A DNA stretch of 64,000 nt from Spirochaetia bacterium. GTDB taxonomy: Bacteria > Spirochaetota > Spirochaetia > UBA9216. The notes under the pieces are model-generated. The model was not told the DNA's origin, made no database searches, and saw only the letters and a program-made list of their open reading frames with translations. This document shows positions 30,206 through 41,350 of this stretch, piece by piece. Position numbers and translations under genes: made by a program. Position 1 is the stretch's first letter; the number at the start of each line of letters is the position of its first letter. The DNA lies in NCBI GenBank assembly GCA_965140585.1, contig OZ223267.1:64001-128000 (forward strand), in the 5' to 3' direction.

Positions 30206-30760
30206 ATGCCTATAAGCGAACCAAGATATTTTTCACCTTTCCAGTTTAACAGGATTCTTTTTGATATGGCTTATATGGCTGTTAAGCATAAAAAGCAACT
30301 GAAGCTTATTTCAAAGAAATTCCGTTCGGATATTATGCTGGCTGTTACCTGGGTGAACGGCTGCAGAGTCTGCTCCTATTATCATACACAGGTATTGCTG
30401 AAAGAAGGGATAAGCTCAGATGAACTTAAACTGCTTCTTGAAGGTACCTTCGGTGATTTTGATAGTGAAGAGACAACTGCTCTTCTTTTTGCCCAGTATT
30501 ACGCGGATACCGGGGGGACCTATGAGGCAGAGGCTTTTGAGCAGTTGAAAAAGCAGTACGGGGAAGAAAAAGCAATAGGGATTCTTGCAACTGTGAAGAT
30601 GATTATGTTTGGAAATGTGAATGGTATTGCGCTTGGAAACCTCTGGGACAGGATGAGGTTCAGGAAGGTGAAGCATGGCAGTTTTTTTACGGATTTGTAC
30701 AATGCCTTTTCGCCTGTGGTGCTGCTGCCGGTATTTTTAGTGATAAGCGTGTTTCGCTAA
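30206..30760 (+). CDS. carboxymuconolactone decarboxylase / AhpD-like protein
   Basis: IMLAVTWVNGCRVCSYYH (CxxC...H) motif. Confidence 0.8.
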   Translation: MPISEPRYFSPFQFNRILFDMAYMAVKHKKQLKLISKKFRSDIMLAVTWVNGCRVCSYYHTQVLLKEGISSDELKLLLEGTFGDFDSEETTALLFAQYYADTGGTYEAEAFEQLKKQYGEEKAIGILATVKMIMFGNVNGIALGNLWDRMRFRKVKHGSFFTDLYNAFSPVVLLPVFLVISVFR

Positions 30761-31453
30761 TTTAAACAGCAGGCGCCTGCCGTCTTTGCCGGCGTCCTCA
30801 ATCAGCCCGGTTTTTCGAAGAAGCCAGGTTATCTGTCCCGCCAGCTTTAATTTGCCTTTTGTACCTGTTCCGGTTGACGGTAGCTTATCCGCTACTTCAC
30901 GGTTGCTGAATGTCGGAGGCAGTTCCATAGGGAGAAGCTTAAGATAGTCTGTAGGGCTGTTAAAAGTAATTGTTTCAATAATCTCATCAAGCTGTCGATC
31001 TTCTATTGATACACCGTGTCTTCTCCATGCTCCCTTTCCATCATCAAGGCGAATTTCCTCCTGTCTGATTAAAACGGTTTCTATTGTAAGTTTAGGCTCT
31101 GATAAAAGATCGGCTATGTATAAAAGCTCTGATGCGCAGGAGTATACGGAGCCGCGTTTTGGAGAACGCCGCTGTGATTTAAGCAGCCCGTTTTCGCTGT
31201 ACACACTGATAAGTGTTTCCGCCGCCACAGGATATACCAGGCGGATACTGTGGTCCGGGAGCAGTGAGCGGAGCTTTTTTTTCATGCCGGAAAAGTTCCC
31301 GGTCTGTATTTCGATAAGCCCTTCAGGATTTACTATATCAATAATATAACCATCAACCTTTTCTTCAACCAGCGAGTCCTCAGACGAATAATGTTCTTTA
31401 AGCTGTCTGTGCAGGCTTCTTTCATTGAGTCCGCCGATTATAGGGCCACTCAT
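30737..31453 (-). CDS. hypothetical protein with a PD-(D/E)XK-like nuclease motif
   Basis: ERSLHRQLK...EEKVDGYIIDIV...LIEIQT pattern; C-terminal wHTH-like segment. Confidence 0.6.
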   Translation of the reverse strand: MSGPIIGGLNERSLHRQLKEHYSSEDSLVEEKVDGYIIDIVNPEGLIEIQTGNFSGMKKKLRSLLPDHSIRLVYPVAAETLISVYSENGLLKSQRRSPKRGSVYSCASELLYIADLLSEPKLTIETVLIRQEEIRLDDGKGAWRRHGVSIEDRQLDEIIETITFNSPTDYLKLLPMELPPTFSNREVADKLPSTGTGTKGKLKLAGQITWLLRKTGLIEDAGKDGRRLLFKLAKHAYH

Positions 31454-32295
31454 TTTTTGTTGTTCCTTCGTTCAAAAATAAACTCACCATACTCAGCACA
31501 AATCGAGAATCCGGTTTTTCTGTAACAGGCTATGGCAGCCTGATTATTCTGCTTTACATTAAGTCCTATATGGATATTCTGATTTAACAGTGCTCTGCAT
31601 AAAGCAGCTGTTACTGATGCCCCGTATCCACGACCGCGGTACTCCGGCAGGGTTGTAATATTTCCAAGTGCGGCTGCCCTGTATTCGGGAGAGTAGACGT
31701 GGGTGCCGGCGGTGCAGAGGAGTTTTTTACTACGGTCATTGTCCTTATAAATGCCGTAATAAAGATTAAGTCCAAGCATTTCTGGTTCAAACCAGTTGCC
31801 CGGATAGCTGTTTTCATAGAGTTCAAGCAGTGCCGGTATATCTGATACACTAAGCTGCAGGGGCTGTTCTGTTCCATTTACATCAGCAGGTATTCGACCG
31901 GGCATGTCAGTATCGGAAAGCGCCATTTTATAGTGCATGTGATCTGATATAATTGTGTAATAATCGATAAACAGTTTTTCAAGCCCCGGACTCAGATGGG
32001 CTTCAAGTCTTTCGGGCTGCAGCGGAATGATTTTTTTAAGAAGTTTTTCCATTTCGGTTCGGCCGGTATTTTCATCGAACGCGAGCAGTGTAGGCGCAGT
32101 TCCTCCGGTATATATACATACAACCGCCGAAAGTTCGGACCTAAATCCTTTACCGTACCACTTTGTATATGGTAGAAAGCGTTCATCAAGATCGCCAATC
32201 AGATACAGATACAGATATGTATTTTTTTTAAGGAATGATGATATCCTCTCTGTATCATCAGGCAGAACAAGCATTTTACAAGCGGCCGGCTTCAA
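31450..32295 (-). CDS. GNAT family N-acetyltransferase
   Basis: LGNITTLPEYRGRGYG and LNVKQNNQAAIACYRKTGF motifs. Confidence 0.9.
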   Translation of the reverse strand: MKPAACKMLVLPDDTERISSFLKKNTYLYLYLIGDLDERFLPYTKWYGKGFRSELSAVVCIYTGGTAPTLLAFDENTGRTEMEKLLKKIIPLQPERLEAHLSPGLEKLFIDYYTIISDHMHYKMALSDTDMPGRIPADVNGTEQPLQLSVSDIPALLELYENSYPGNWFEPEMLGLNLYYGIYKDNDRSKKLLCTAGTHVYSPEYRAAALGNITTLPEYRGRGYGASVTAALCRALLNQNIHIGLNVKQNNQAAIACYRKTGFSICAEYGEFIFERRNNKK

Positions 32296-33019
32296 TTATC
32301 CGCTGAAGAAACTGTTTTGTCCGCGGATGTTCCGGATTTGAAAAAAGTTTTGTGGGTTCGGCTTCTTCCACAATCCTGCCTCCGTCAAGAAAGCATACAC
32401 GGTCTGCCACATCACGGGCAAAGCCCATTTCATGTGTGACAATCAGCATGGTCATTCCCTTATCTCTCAGTTCCTTTATAACCTTAAGCACATCCCCGAT
32501 AAGTTCCGGATCCAGCGCTGCGGTAACTTCATCAAGCAGCAGCAGTTCCGGTTTTGTTGCCATTGCTCTGGCTATTGCCACCCGCTGCTGCTGACCGCCT
32601 GAAAGCTGCTCAGGGTATGATGAACCGAAACCAGTGAGGCCGAACATTGTCAGAAGTTCTTTTGCGTAGGATTCACTCTCTTTTTTTGAGATTCCATGAA
32701 CCTTGCGCGGAGCCAGGGTTATGTTATCAAGGACGGTCATCGTAGGAAACAGGTTGTACGCCTGAAATACTATTCCAACCCGCTTGTAGAGTTCTACAGC
32801 GGGCATAGCTGAATCATGTATTGATATGCCGTCTATTTTTATCGTTCCCTCATCAAATTCAACAAGATCGTTTACACAGCGCAGAAGGGTTGATTTACCT
32901 GAGCCCGAGGCTCCGATAAGGCAGACAACTTCATGCTCCTTCACCTTCAGGTTTACGTTATCAAGGACGAGTTTATCACCATAGTATTTTGTAAGATTTT
33001 CTATTTCAATGCGGTACAT
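32276..33019 (-). CDS. polar amino acid ABC transporter ATP-binding protein
   Basis: GASGSGKST, VFQAYNLFP, LSGGQQQRVAIAR, DEVTAALDPE and VTHEMGFA motifs. Confidence 0.94.
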   Translation of the reverse strand: MYRIEIENLTKYYGDKLVLDNVNLKVKEHEVVCLIGASGSGKSTLLRCVNDLVEFDEGTIKIDGISIHDSAMPAVELYKRVGIVFQAYNLFPTMTVLDNITLAPRKVHGISKKESESYAKELLTMFGLTGFGSSYPEQLSGGQQQRVAIARAMATKPELLLLDEVTAALDPELIGDVLKVIKELRDKGMTMLIVTHEMGFARDVADRVCFLDGGRIVEEAEPTKLFSNPEHPRTKQFLQRIIEAGRL

Positions 33020-33867
33020 CAGGAAGTCCTCTGCAGCCGACGTTCACGGTCTTTTGCTGTAACCCAGTCGGTAAAACGGGCCATGGGAATTGTTGCAATA
33101 AGAAAAAGCAGTGCTGCTGTGATTAGAGTAGAGTAGTTAAACGTTCTGGCAGTATAGATCTGAGCCTCGCGAACGGCATCCCTGATTCCCAAAACCGAAA
33201 GCAGGGCTACATCCTTTTGAAGTGCTACAGCAAGATTCAGAAGTGAAGGAATTACGTTCCGGACTGCCTGGGGCAGAATTGCATAACGAAGGGTCTGCCA
33301 TTGATTGAGGCCGAGTGCTTTTGCTGCCGCCCTCTGTCCGTCGTGAACCGAATCCATTCCGGACCGGTATACTTCTGCGGCATATGCAGAGTAGCTTGAT
33401 ATCATTGCAAGCGCACCCCAGAATAAACTGCTTTTAGGCAGGCCCGGAATATTAAGCGCTGGCATCCCGAAACCGAACAATAGTACCAGCAGAAGGGACG
33501 GCAGGCCGCGGAGCAGATCGATGTATACAACAGAAAATAATCGAAGCGGTGCAAACCACGGGCCGTGCAGTGAACGCAGAATAGCCAGTACCAGTGCCCA
33601 GACTGCAATTACGACAAGGGCTACTCCCCAAACCGCCATGTTTATACCGAATCCATGCAGAACCTTCGGAAAGACATCAACTATAACATCAAGATTAAAA
33701 AACTGGGCTTTAATTCGGGGCCATTGTTCGGCCCTTATTATGACTGCTCTGAGAATCAGAATCACTCCCAGCACGGTTCCTGTACTGATTATATGCGGTA
33801 AAACTTTATCCCGTGTTCGGAGGGATCGCCCCGTCCGCTGCTGCGGACGAGAGCGTTTTAATCTCAT
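33019..33867 (-). CDS. polar amino acid ABC transporter permease
   Basis: YIDLLRGLPSLL and AYAAEVYRSG...GQRAAAKALG...ILPQAVR (EAA loop). Confidence 0.93.
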   Translation of the reverse strand: MRLKRSRPQQRTGRSLRTRDKVLPHIISTGTVLGVILILRAVIIRAEQWPRIKAQFFNLDVIVDVFPKVLHGFGINMAVWGVALVVIAVWALVLAILRSLHGPWFAPLRLFSVVYIDLLRGLPSLLLVLLFGFGMPALNIPGLPKSSLFWGALAMISSYSAYAAEVYRSGMDSVHDGQRAAAKALGLNQWQTLRYAILPQAVRNVIPSLLNLAVALQKDVALLSVLGIRDAVREAQIYTARTFNYSTLITAALLFLIATIPMARFTDWVTAKDRERRLQRTS

Positions 33868-34727
33868 TCAGAAATCTCCGGTACGTCGTCTCCGCCGTAT
33901 AGATATTCTCTGGCAAGCTTGTCGACGGTTCCGTCGGCAATTATTGCTTCAAGACCTTCATTGATCCAGCCTACAAGCGGATTTCCTTTTTCAAAGATAA
34001 GACCGTGGCCGAGATCCTTGGGATCGTGGGGAAGAATTGCTGCTACTGCAGCTTCCGGAACCTGAACAGCTGTTACAAAGAGAGCTGTAGGAAGTTCTAT
34101 ACAGGTTGCATCAATCTGTCCGCCAAGCAGTGCCTGGAATGTTCCAATCTGATCATTGAATACAGCAACATCATCAACACCAATGATGTTTTCGATGTAG
34201 TCGAGATCTGCTGTTCCGATTGTTGCACCCCATTTCAGCCCCTGAAGGTCAGCAAAGCTTTTTGCTTTAGCTGCACCGCTTCCGGGAAGGGCCACAACAG
34301 CCTTTTCCGGCTGGTAGTAAACGATTGAAAAATCAACAAATTCTTTTCGATCTTCAGTAACAGTATACTGCTGAAGATTGAAATCGTAGGGTTTTGAACC
34401 GGGGGCAATTCCCTGGTCAAAAGTCTGTCTTACCCATACAACATCTTCACGTGCAAAACCGAGTTTCTCTGCAAGGGCATAGACCATCCCGTTTTCAAAA
34501 CCGATACCGGATTGTGGATCATCATCCATCATCCATGGCGGATAAGCGGGTTCTCCGGTAGCTACGGTGAGCTTTCCCGGGGTGTAAAGTCTCGGATCAT
34601 TGGGAGTCTTTTCCAATGAAGCTGTATTTTCAGCGGCAGCTGCAGGTTCTTCTTTTGTTCCGCCTGCGAAAACCGGCAGTGCAAACAGGCTGACTGCAAG
34701 CAGAATAAGAATAATGCGTCGAGTCAT
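33864..34727 (-). CDS. amino acid ABC transporter substrate-binding protein
   Basis: Signal peptide ending VFAGG; family 3 SBP motifs LTVATGEPAYPPW and DFSIVYY. Confidence 0.9.
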   Translation of the reverse strand: MTRRIILILLAVSLFALPVFAGGTKEEPAAAAENTASLEKTPNDPRLYTPGKLTVATGEPAYPPWMMDDDPQSGIGFENGMVYALAEKLGFAREDVVWVRQTFDQGIAPGSKPYDFNLQQYTVTEDRKEFVDFSIVYYQPEKAVVALPGSGAAKAKSFADLQGLKWGATIGTADLDYIENIIGVDDVAVFNDQIGTFQALLGGQIDATCIELPTALFVTAVQVPEAAVAAILPHDPKDLGHGLIFEKGNPLVGWINEGLEAIIADGTVDKLAREYLYGGDDVPEISE

Positions 34728-34868
34728 GTGTACCTCCTGACTTTTTTACAGTTTGAATAAACTGTTTGTTAGAAACAGATTAGGAGTAAAAAGGGGCTGT
34801 GTCAATGCGATGTGCATTACTTTCAATTATTCTTTGATTTTAAGTTTGCTCATCTCTGAGTGTGAAAT

Positions 34869-36388
34869 ATGAAAAGAAAAAGTTTAAAGAAATTAATTTT
34901 TGGTTTAATGCTTCTATGCACTTTTAACTTGACGCTTACCGCAGAATCCACTGAACTGCCTTCCGGTATTGAAGAATCGAAGATAGCAGACATAGTGGAT
35001 GGCTATGTTGCCGAACATAGGAATACTACCGCCGCTGTATCAGCTGCTGTTTTCAGGGGGTATACAGTTCTTTTTGAAAAGCATTACGGACTGATCAATA
35101 TAGAAAGCGGGCTGCAGGCTGATGAAAATACAGTTTATGAATGGGGCTCTGTTTCCAAACTTCTTGTCTGGATAAGCGTAATGCAGCTTTGGGAACAGGG
35201 TGGAATTGAGCTTGATACCGATATCAATAATTATCTTCCCGAAGGTTTTCTGAAAAAACTGAAATATACCAGCCCGATTACAATGACTAATCTAATGAAT
35301 CACAATGCCGGATGGCAAGACGTTCTGTTTCTTGCTGTAGACAATCCTTCTGAACTTGCTCCGCTTGGTGAAACTTTAAGCCGTATGGAACCTGAGCATA
35401 TTTATGAGCCCGGTAAAGTCTGCGCATATTCCAACTGGGGAACTTCTCTTGCAGCTTATATTGTAGAGCAGGTTTCAGGGATGGCGTATTATGATTACGT
35501 CCAGCAGTCGGGAAGCGTCGCAGTGATGAAGTCGGTTACACTACTGGTCTGGAACCTGTGCCGGACAGTATTCTCAATCTGAATCTGTATCCGGCGGGGG
35601 CGGCTGTAGGCACTCCCGATGATTTTCTTCGCTTCGCCCAGTCCCTGGTTCCAGGAACAGGCATTGTGATCATGACAAATCAGTATAATGAGTTTGTTTT
35701 TAATCAGGGTCTTCCTGAGCAGGTCTTTGGTAAGATTAATATTCTTCAGAATAAAGCTGATGACAGTTCCAGGGCCGTAGGGCTCTATTATCCCTCCAGA
35801 ACTATTAAGCAAGGCCCTGCCGGGATCTATAATGTCTTAAATCTCAGGATGCTTCGAAATATTGATGCCGGTGATATTGTAATCACACGCGAAGCCAGAT
35901 TCTCTGAGCAGGGTGGGGTGAAAAGGATTTCCTCCGCGTACGGGGAAATTCTTGAGGCTGATGCTTATGTATGTCTTGGTATCACAGCAGTTCTGCTGTA
36001 TATCGTTGCCGTAGTATGGAGCGTGATCAACCTTCTATACAGAATAATTAAGCTTATAATAGAGAAAATCAGGCGATCCGGGAATCAGATTTCTATTTTG
36101 ATGAAGCTTCATTACATAGAGTGCGGGTATATTCTTATTTCAGTTGCAGGATTTCAGATTATTGTGGCGATTTTCATGTCCTGGAAGGCTTCCCCGGCTA
36201 AATTATTTCCGGTATCCATTTTAAATATTGTTCTTGCTGCTCTGCCGCTTGTATATGCTGTTTTACTATTCGTTAAAAGAAAAACCGATGCCGCAGGAAA
36301 GAAGCATATTCGTCCTGTTGTAACTACAGTAATGGGCTTATTTTTGAGTATCGCAATTTTTGTTTTTCAGCTCTACAGGTGGTGGTGA
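34869..36388 (+). pseudogene. serine hydrolase (beta-lactamase/AmpC-like) with C-terminal membrane anchor, split by a frameshift
   Basis: ORF1 has SxxK (GSVSKLL) and YSN motifs. The frame shifts near 35505 and homologous sequence resumes in another frame (LYPAGAAVGTPDDFLRFAQ...IVIMTNQ). No HGG-type third motif is visible. Confidence 0.72.
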
Positions 36389-36528
36389 GAAAAAAGTATT
36401 TGAAATTAAATAAATATGATATCTTATTATATATTAAATAAAATTTAAAAAGGGCTTTTAAAAAAAGATTATAACACATGGTATTGCATCTTCAATGATA
36501 TTATTTATTAGCTGCCCGAAGGGTTTAA

Positions 36529-38904
36529 ATGAACAATACAAGAATTAAAATCTTCTCAATTATAACGATGCTTGCAGTTTTTTTGTTGCTGCTGTCAGGA
36601 TGTCCGATTATTCCTCAGGCAGATCTTACTTATTCCGTAAATTATTATGCTCCGGATGCCGATTCCGGCAGCCCTCCATATGATGAGAATGAGTATCTTG
36701 AGGGTGATAGTGTTCTGGTCTACGGGAATACTGAGGGTCTTGTCCGATCTGCTTATACGTTTACCGGATGGAATACCTTCCATGACGGAAGCGGAACAGG
36801 ATACTCGTCTGGTGACACTTTCATCATGGGAATCTCTGACGTTTCACTTTATGCTCAATGGGAAGATGCTTCCATGTATACACTAACCTACATGGCGACT
36901 GATGCGGATTCCGGGGACATTCCGACAAATCCAAAGAGTTACTATGAAAGAACCTCTGTATATGTGCTTGGAAATATCAAATCTTTGGCTCGTATCGGAT
37001 ACACTTTCATATGCTGGAACACCGAGGCAGACGGAAGTGGCATGTCATATACGGGAGACGACATTTTAATTATTGGCAATTCTGATATTTATTTATACCC
37101 TCAATGGTCGGCAGATCCGACTTATACGGTTTCCTATTATGCGGATGATGCCCAATCCGGTTCAGCCCCGACCGATTCAAACAACTACCTTGAAGGTTCA
37201 ACTGTTACAGTGCTTGGAAACACCGGCGGAATGAACCGTACCGGCTATACTTTTATCGGCTGGAATACCGTGTCGGGCGGCGGCGGGACAGCCTATGCGG
37301 CAGGTGATATTTTTGAGATTGGCAGCAGCAATGTCAGTTTGTACGCACAATGGACAACTGCTCCAACTTTCACAGTGACCTATTATGCAACTAATGCCGA
37401 ATCAGGTACAGCTCCTGTAGATTCAAATAATTATCTTGAGGGTGCAACTGTAACTGTTTCTGGGAACACTGGCACAATGATCCGTTCAGGCTATACTTTT
37501 ACCGGCTGGAATACCGCAGCCGGAGGCGGAGGAGCCTCGTATGAGGCTGGTGACCAGTTCACAATAGGCAGCAGCAATGTGAGTCTGTACGCCCAGTGGA
37601 CAGTCACGCCGACCTATACTGTGACATACTATGCAGTAAACGCCGAATCCGGAACAGCTCCTGTAGATTCAAATAATTATCTTAAAGGGGCAACTGTTAC
37701 TATTCCTGGAAACACCGGCGGAATGACCCGAACAGGCTACAGCTTTGCCGGCTGGAATACGGTTTCCGGAGGCAGCGGAACAGCCTATGATGCAGGTGAC
37801 GAGTTCATAATAGGCAGCAGCAATGTGAGCCTGTATGCTCAGTGGACATCCGACCCGACCTACACAGTAACATATTATGCAACAAACGCTGAATCTGGCT
37901 CAGCCCCGACCGATTCAAATAATTACCTTGAAGGGGCAACAGTTACTGTTTCTGGAAACACCGGTGGGATGACCCGTACAGGTTACAGCTTTGCCGGCTG
38001 GAATACAGCTTCCGGAGGCAGCGGAACCGCCTATGATGCTGGTGATGAGTTCACAATAGGCAGCAGCAATGTGAGCTTGTACGCCCAGTGGACAGCCGAC
38101 CCAACCTACACAGTAACATATTATGCAACAAACGCTGAATCCGGCTCAGCTCCGACCGATTCAAATAATTACCTTGAAGGCTCAACGGTTACTGTTCCTG
38201 GAAACACCGGCGGAATGACCCGTACAGGTTACAGCTTTGCCGGCTGGAATACGGCATCCGGAGGCGGCGGAACTGCATATGATGCAGGTGATGAGTTCAC
38301 AATAAGCAGCAATGTGAGCCTGTATGCACAGTGGACAGCTGATCCGACCTACACAGTAACATATTATGCAACTAACGCTGAATCCGGCTCAGCCCCGACC
38401 GATTCAAATAATTACCTTGAAGGCTCAACAGTTACTGTTTCTGGAAACACCGACGGAATGACCCGTACAGGTTACAGCTTTGCCGGCTGGAATACAGCTT
38501 CCGGAGGCAGCGGAACCGCCTATGATGCAGGTGATGAGTTTACAATAGGCAACAGCAATGTGAGCTTGTACGCCCAGTGGACACTTGATACAGGTACAGG
38601 TGCGATTACAATTAATAATCCGGTATCTCCTGTATTCAGTATGTCACCGGACTCTTTTGTATTGAAAACAAGCGGTACGGCAACTCAGCAGACGATTTCT
38701 GTTACCGGCGGTACAGGTGTTACAATATCAGCGTATTACTGGTTTGTTAACGGAACACTGAGGGGCTCTGCGTCCTCACTGCCTCTTGATACGCAGACAA
38801 ATCCACACTGGTTTGAATTAGGAATGAATACATTGACTCTGGTTGTTGAAATAAACAGCAGCCCGTATTCTGAAAATTTTATCTTTACAGTGGAGCAGGA
38901 ATAA
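36529..38904 (+). CDS. surface lipoprotein with 8 InlB B-repeat (Flg_new-type) domains
   Basis: Lipobox LSGC; 8 units of YTVTYY...RTGYSFAGWNT...VSLYAQW. Confidence 0.9.
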   Translation: MNNTRIKIFSIITMLAVFLLLLSGCPIIPQADLTYSVNYYAPDADSGSPPYDENEYLEGDSVLVYGNTEGLVRSAYTFTGWNTFHDGSGTGYSSGDTFIMGISDVSLYAQWEDASMYTLTYMATDADSGDIPTNPKSYYERTSVYVLGNIKSLARIGYTFICWNTEADGSGMSYTGDDILIIGNSDIYLYPQWSADPTYTVSYYADDAQSGSAPTDSNNYLEGSTVTVLGNTGGMNRTGYTFIGWNTVSGGGGTAYAAGDIFEIGSSNVSLYAQWTTAPTFTVTYYATNAESGTAPVDSNNYLEGATVTVSGNTGTMIRSGYTFTGWNTAAGGGGASYEAGDQFTIGSSNVSLYAQWTVTPTYTVTYYAVNAESGTAPVDSNNYLKGATVTIPGNTGGMTRTGYSFAGWNTVSGGSGTAYDAGDEFIIGSSNVSLYAQWTSDPTYTVTYYATNAESGSAPTDSNNYLEGATVTVSGNTGGMTRTGYSFAGWNTASGGSGTAYDAGDEFTIGSSNVSLYAQWTADPTYTVTYYATNAESGSAPTDSNNYLEGSTVTVPGNTGGMTRTGYSFAGWNTASGGGGTAYDAGDEFTISSNVSLYAQWTADPTYTVTYYATNAESGSAPTDSNNYLEGSTVTVSGNTDGMTRTGYSFAGWNTASGGSGTAYDAGDEFTIGNSNVSLYAQWTLDTGTGAITINNPVSPVFSMSPDSFVLKTSGTATQQTISVTGGTGVTISAYYWFVNGTLRGSASSLPLDTQTNPHWFELGMNTLTLVVEINSSPYSENFIFTVEQE
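36631..38583 (+). repeat. 8 tandem ~246-bp coding repeats
   Basis: Units 6-8 are near-identical at DNA level (e.g. TACACAGTAACATATTATGCAAC recurs); units 1-2 are divergent; unit 7 lacks one codon. Confidence 0.92.
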
Positions 38905-41286
38905 ATGAAAAATCTAAAAATTATCATATCAAATCCGGTAATATCAGCATTCTTTCTTTTCTTCATTTACAGCTGCAGCAATCCCTTACTGGATACGGAA
39001 GAATTATTAAAAACCAGTGAACTGACAGGAACTCTGGCAATAAATACGATTGAGACAACTGAATCAAGAACCATAGCTCCCTCAGATGATCTTAAGGCTC
39101 TGGTTGATTCCTATAGAATAGAGTTCAGTAATCATTCAGGAGGGGAGGCTGATTTTATTATTGACCCATACACTTACGGCAGTGATGTAAATGAAATTCC
39201 TGTAGGAACCTGGGATATCATTCTGTATGGTGAAAACGGGAGCGGGGAGGATATCTGTCAGGGGGAACCTGACTCAGGGAATCCCGTTGAGATAACCACC
39301 TCGTTGACCACTGTGACCATAACATTATCCCAGTTAAGTGGATCCGGAACAGGAACTCTTGATTACGAAATACAGTTTCCGGCTGATGATGTGGATGGTG
39401 TCAGTATTTCAGTTGATCCGTGGCCTATAGGCGGAGGTGATGATTATTTTCTGACTGAAGGTACAGATTATAACAGTGATTTTGCTTCAACAGGATTCTT
39501 AATCATAGATACAGAATTATCCAGCGGGTGGTACTATCTATCGGTCATATTCACCAAGGACCCGGCAGCGCCTGAAACTACAGTTGAATATCCGCCTATT
39601 TCCGAAATCGCAAAGATTTACGATAATCTTACAAGCAGCTCATCATTGATAATTACAAGAGAAGAGCTTACACAGCCGCCGGATGCCCCGAGTGATTTTG
39701 TTGTTGATATTGATCCGGGGAATGTTTTTACCTTATATTGGACAGATTCATCAACTACAGAAACAGGATTCAGAATATACGAAGACAGTATCGACGGCAG
39801 TCCCGAAGGCGAATTTTCATCCGGAATAACTTCAGCAGCATCAGCAGATATTGGATATTCAGGAAGTGAAGGGGATTCTATAACATATTATCTGGTGGCT
39901 TATAACAGTTTTGGTGAATCTGAAGGGGCTGAAGTGTCATTTAAAACATCAGCGTTCATCTCTTCCTGGAAAACCGATAATTCAGGAAGTAGTGATTCTG
40001 ATCAGTTGAAATTACCGCTTGTCTCAAGTGGGAGCTATAATTTCAGTGTTTACTGGGGTGATGGCACATCAGACAATATTACCGGATACAATGATGCTGC
40101 TGTGATTCATACATATGCATCGGAAGGAGAATATGAAATTAATATTTATGGAAAAATTAACGGGTGGTCTTTTTATCCTGAATACGGTATCTATGGTGAT
40201 CATTTGAAGCTCTTAGAAATACAGCAATGGGGCCCTCTGTCCTTTGGAGATACAGACCAGCAATTTCGTAATGCTCAGAATTTACAGATCACTGCAACCG
40301 ATATTCCTGATTTGAGTAATACTGCAAGTCTTGATAATGCATTTTCCTTTAATACCAGTCTGACTGTTATTGAGAATATGGAACTCTGGGACACCTCTAC
40401 TATTACTGATATGTCAGCTATGTTTTTAGGGGCGTCATCATTTAATCAGGATATCAGTTCATGGGATACGTCAAATGTTACTGATATGAGCTGGATGTTC
40501 GATTCAGCTGAAAAATTTAATCAATATATCGGGGGATGGAATACCTCAATGGTTGAAAGCATGGCATGTATGTTTGATTCTGCTTCAGATTTCGATCAGG
40601 ATATCGGTTCATGGGATACCTCCGCTGTAAAATCAATGAAGTACATGTTCAGGGATGCTGCCGTTTTTGATCAGGATATAGGCGCGTGGGACACTTCAAA
40701 TGTTACTGATATGAGCTGGATGTTCGATTCAGCTGAAAAATTTAATCAGAATATTGGAAACTGGGACACAGGTAATGTGATATACATGCAATATATGTTT
40801 TTTAATGCATATCTGTTCAATCAAAATATAGGTGCCTGGGAAACATCAAGCACAATAAATATGTCCTGGATGTTCTATAAGGCCTACTTATTCAATCAGG
40901 ATATAAGTACCTGGGATACATCGGCTGTTACTGATATGAGCCATATGTTTAGAGAGGCAACCAATTTCAATCAAGCAATAGGATCCTGGGATACTTCCAG
41001 CGCTATAAATATGAGTTATATGTTTTATGGCGCGAGTTCATTTGACAGAGCTGTTGGAAGCTGGGATGTGATTAGTGTTACTAATATTGAATCGATGTTT
41101 AAAAATATTACTCTCTCAACAGCAAACTACAACGCCCTTCTGTCCGGATGGTCAGCTCAATCGGTACACAGCGGTTTGACATTCAATGGCGGAAACTCCA
41201 AGTACAGTGCAGATTACGCAGATGAGCGGACAATATTGACTGATACCTACGGCTGGACAATTACCGATGGAGGACAGGTGCCTTAG
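38905..41286 (+). CDS. BspA-like / DUF285 surface lipoprotein with an FN3-like domain
   Basis: Lipobox IYSC; FN3-like PDAPSDF...LYWTD...ETGFRIY...[12 protein letters not shown]; about ten 25-aa WDTSxVTDMSxMFxxAxxFNQDI repeats. Confidence 0.88.
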   Translation: MKNLKIIISNPVISAFFLFFIYSCSNPLLDTEELLKTSELTGTLAINTIETTESRTIAPSDDLKALVDSYRIEFSNHSGGEADFIIDPYTYGSDVNEIPVGTWDIILYGENGSGEDICQGEPDSGNPVEITTSLTTVTITLSQLSGSGTGTLDYEIQFPADDVDGVSISVDPWPIGGGDDYFLTEGTDYNSDFASTGFLIIDTELSSGWYYLSVIFTKDPAAPETTVEYPPISEIAKIYDNLTSSSSLIITREELTQPPDAPSDFVVDIDPGNVFTLYWTDSSTTETGFRIYEDSIDGSPEGEFSSGITSAASADIGYSGSEGDSITYYLVAYNSFGESEGAEVSFKTSAFISSWKTDNSGSSDSDQLKLPLVSSGSYNFSVYWGDGTSDNITGYNDAAVIHTYASEGEYEINIYGKINGWSFYPEYGIYGDHLKLLEIQQWGPLSFGDTDQQFRNAQNLQITATDIPDLSNTASLDNAFSFNTSLTVIENMELWDTSTITDMSAMFLGASSFNQDISSWDTSNVTDMSWMFDSAEKFNQYIGGWNTSMVESMACMFDSASDFDQDIGSWDTSAVKSMKYMFRDAAVFDQDIGAWDTSNVTDMSWMFDSAEKFNQNIGNWDTGNVIYMQYMFFNAYLFNQNIGAWETSSTINMSWMFYKAYLFNQDISTWDTSAVTDMSHMFREATNFNQAIGSWDTSSAINMSYMFYGASSFDRAVGSWDVISVTNIESMFKNITLSTANYNALLSGWSAQSVHSGLTFNGGNSKYSADYADERTILTDTYGWTITDGGQVP
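40387..41100 (+). repeat. 75-bp-period DUF285 repeats, including one exact 53-bp duplication
   Basis: 40471-40523 is identical to 40696-40748 (225 bp apart, three periods). Confidence 0.85.
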
Positions 41287-41350
41287 AAAATCAAAAGATA
41301 CAGCGCTATATTCTACCCGATGTATTAAATAAATATCAGGATAATAAAAA

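Noticed and set aside
37600-38580. Near-identical DNA repeats as a CRISPR array or mobile element
   Set aside because: They are contiguous ~246-bp in-frame coding units with no unique spacers, and no cas or transposase gene is present.
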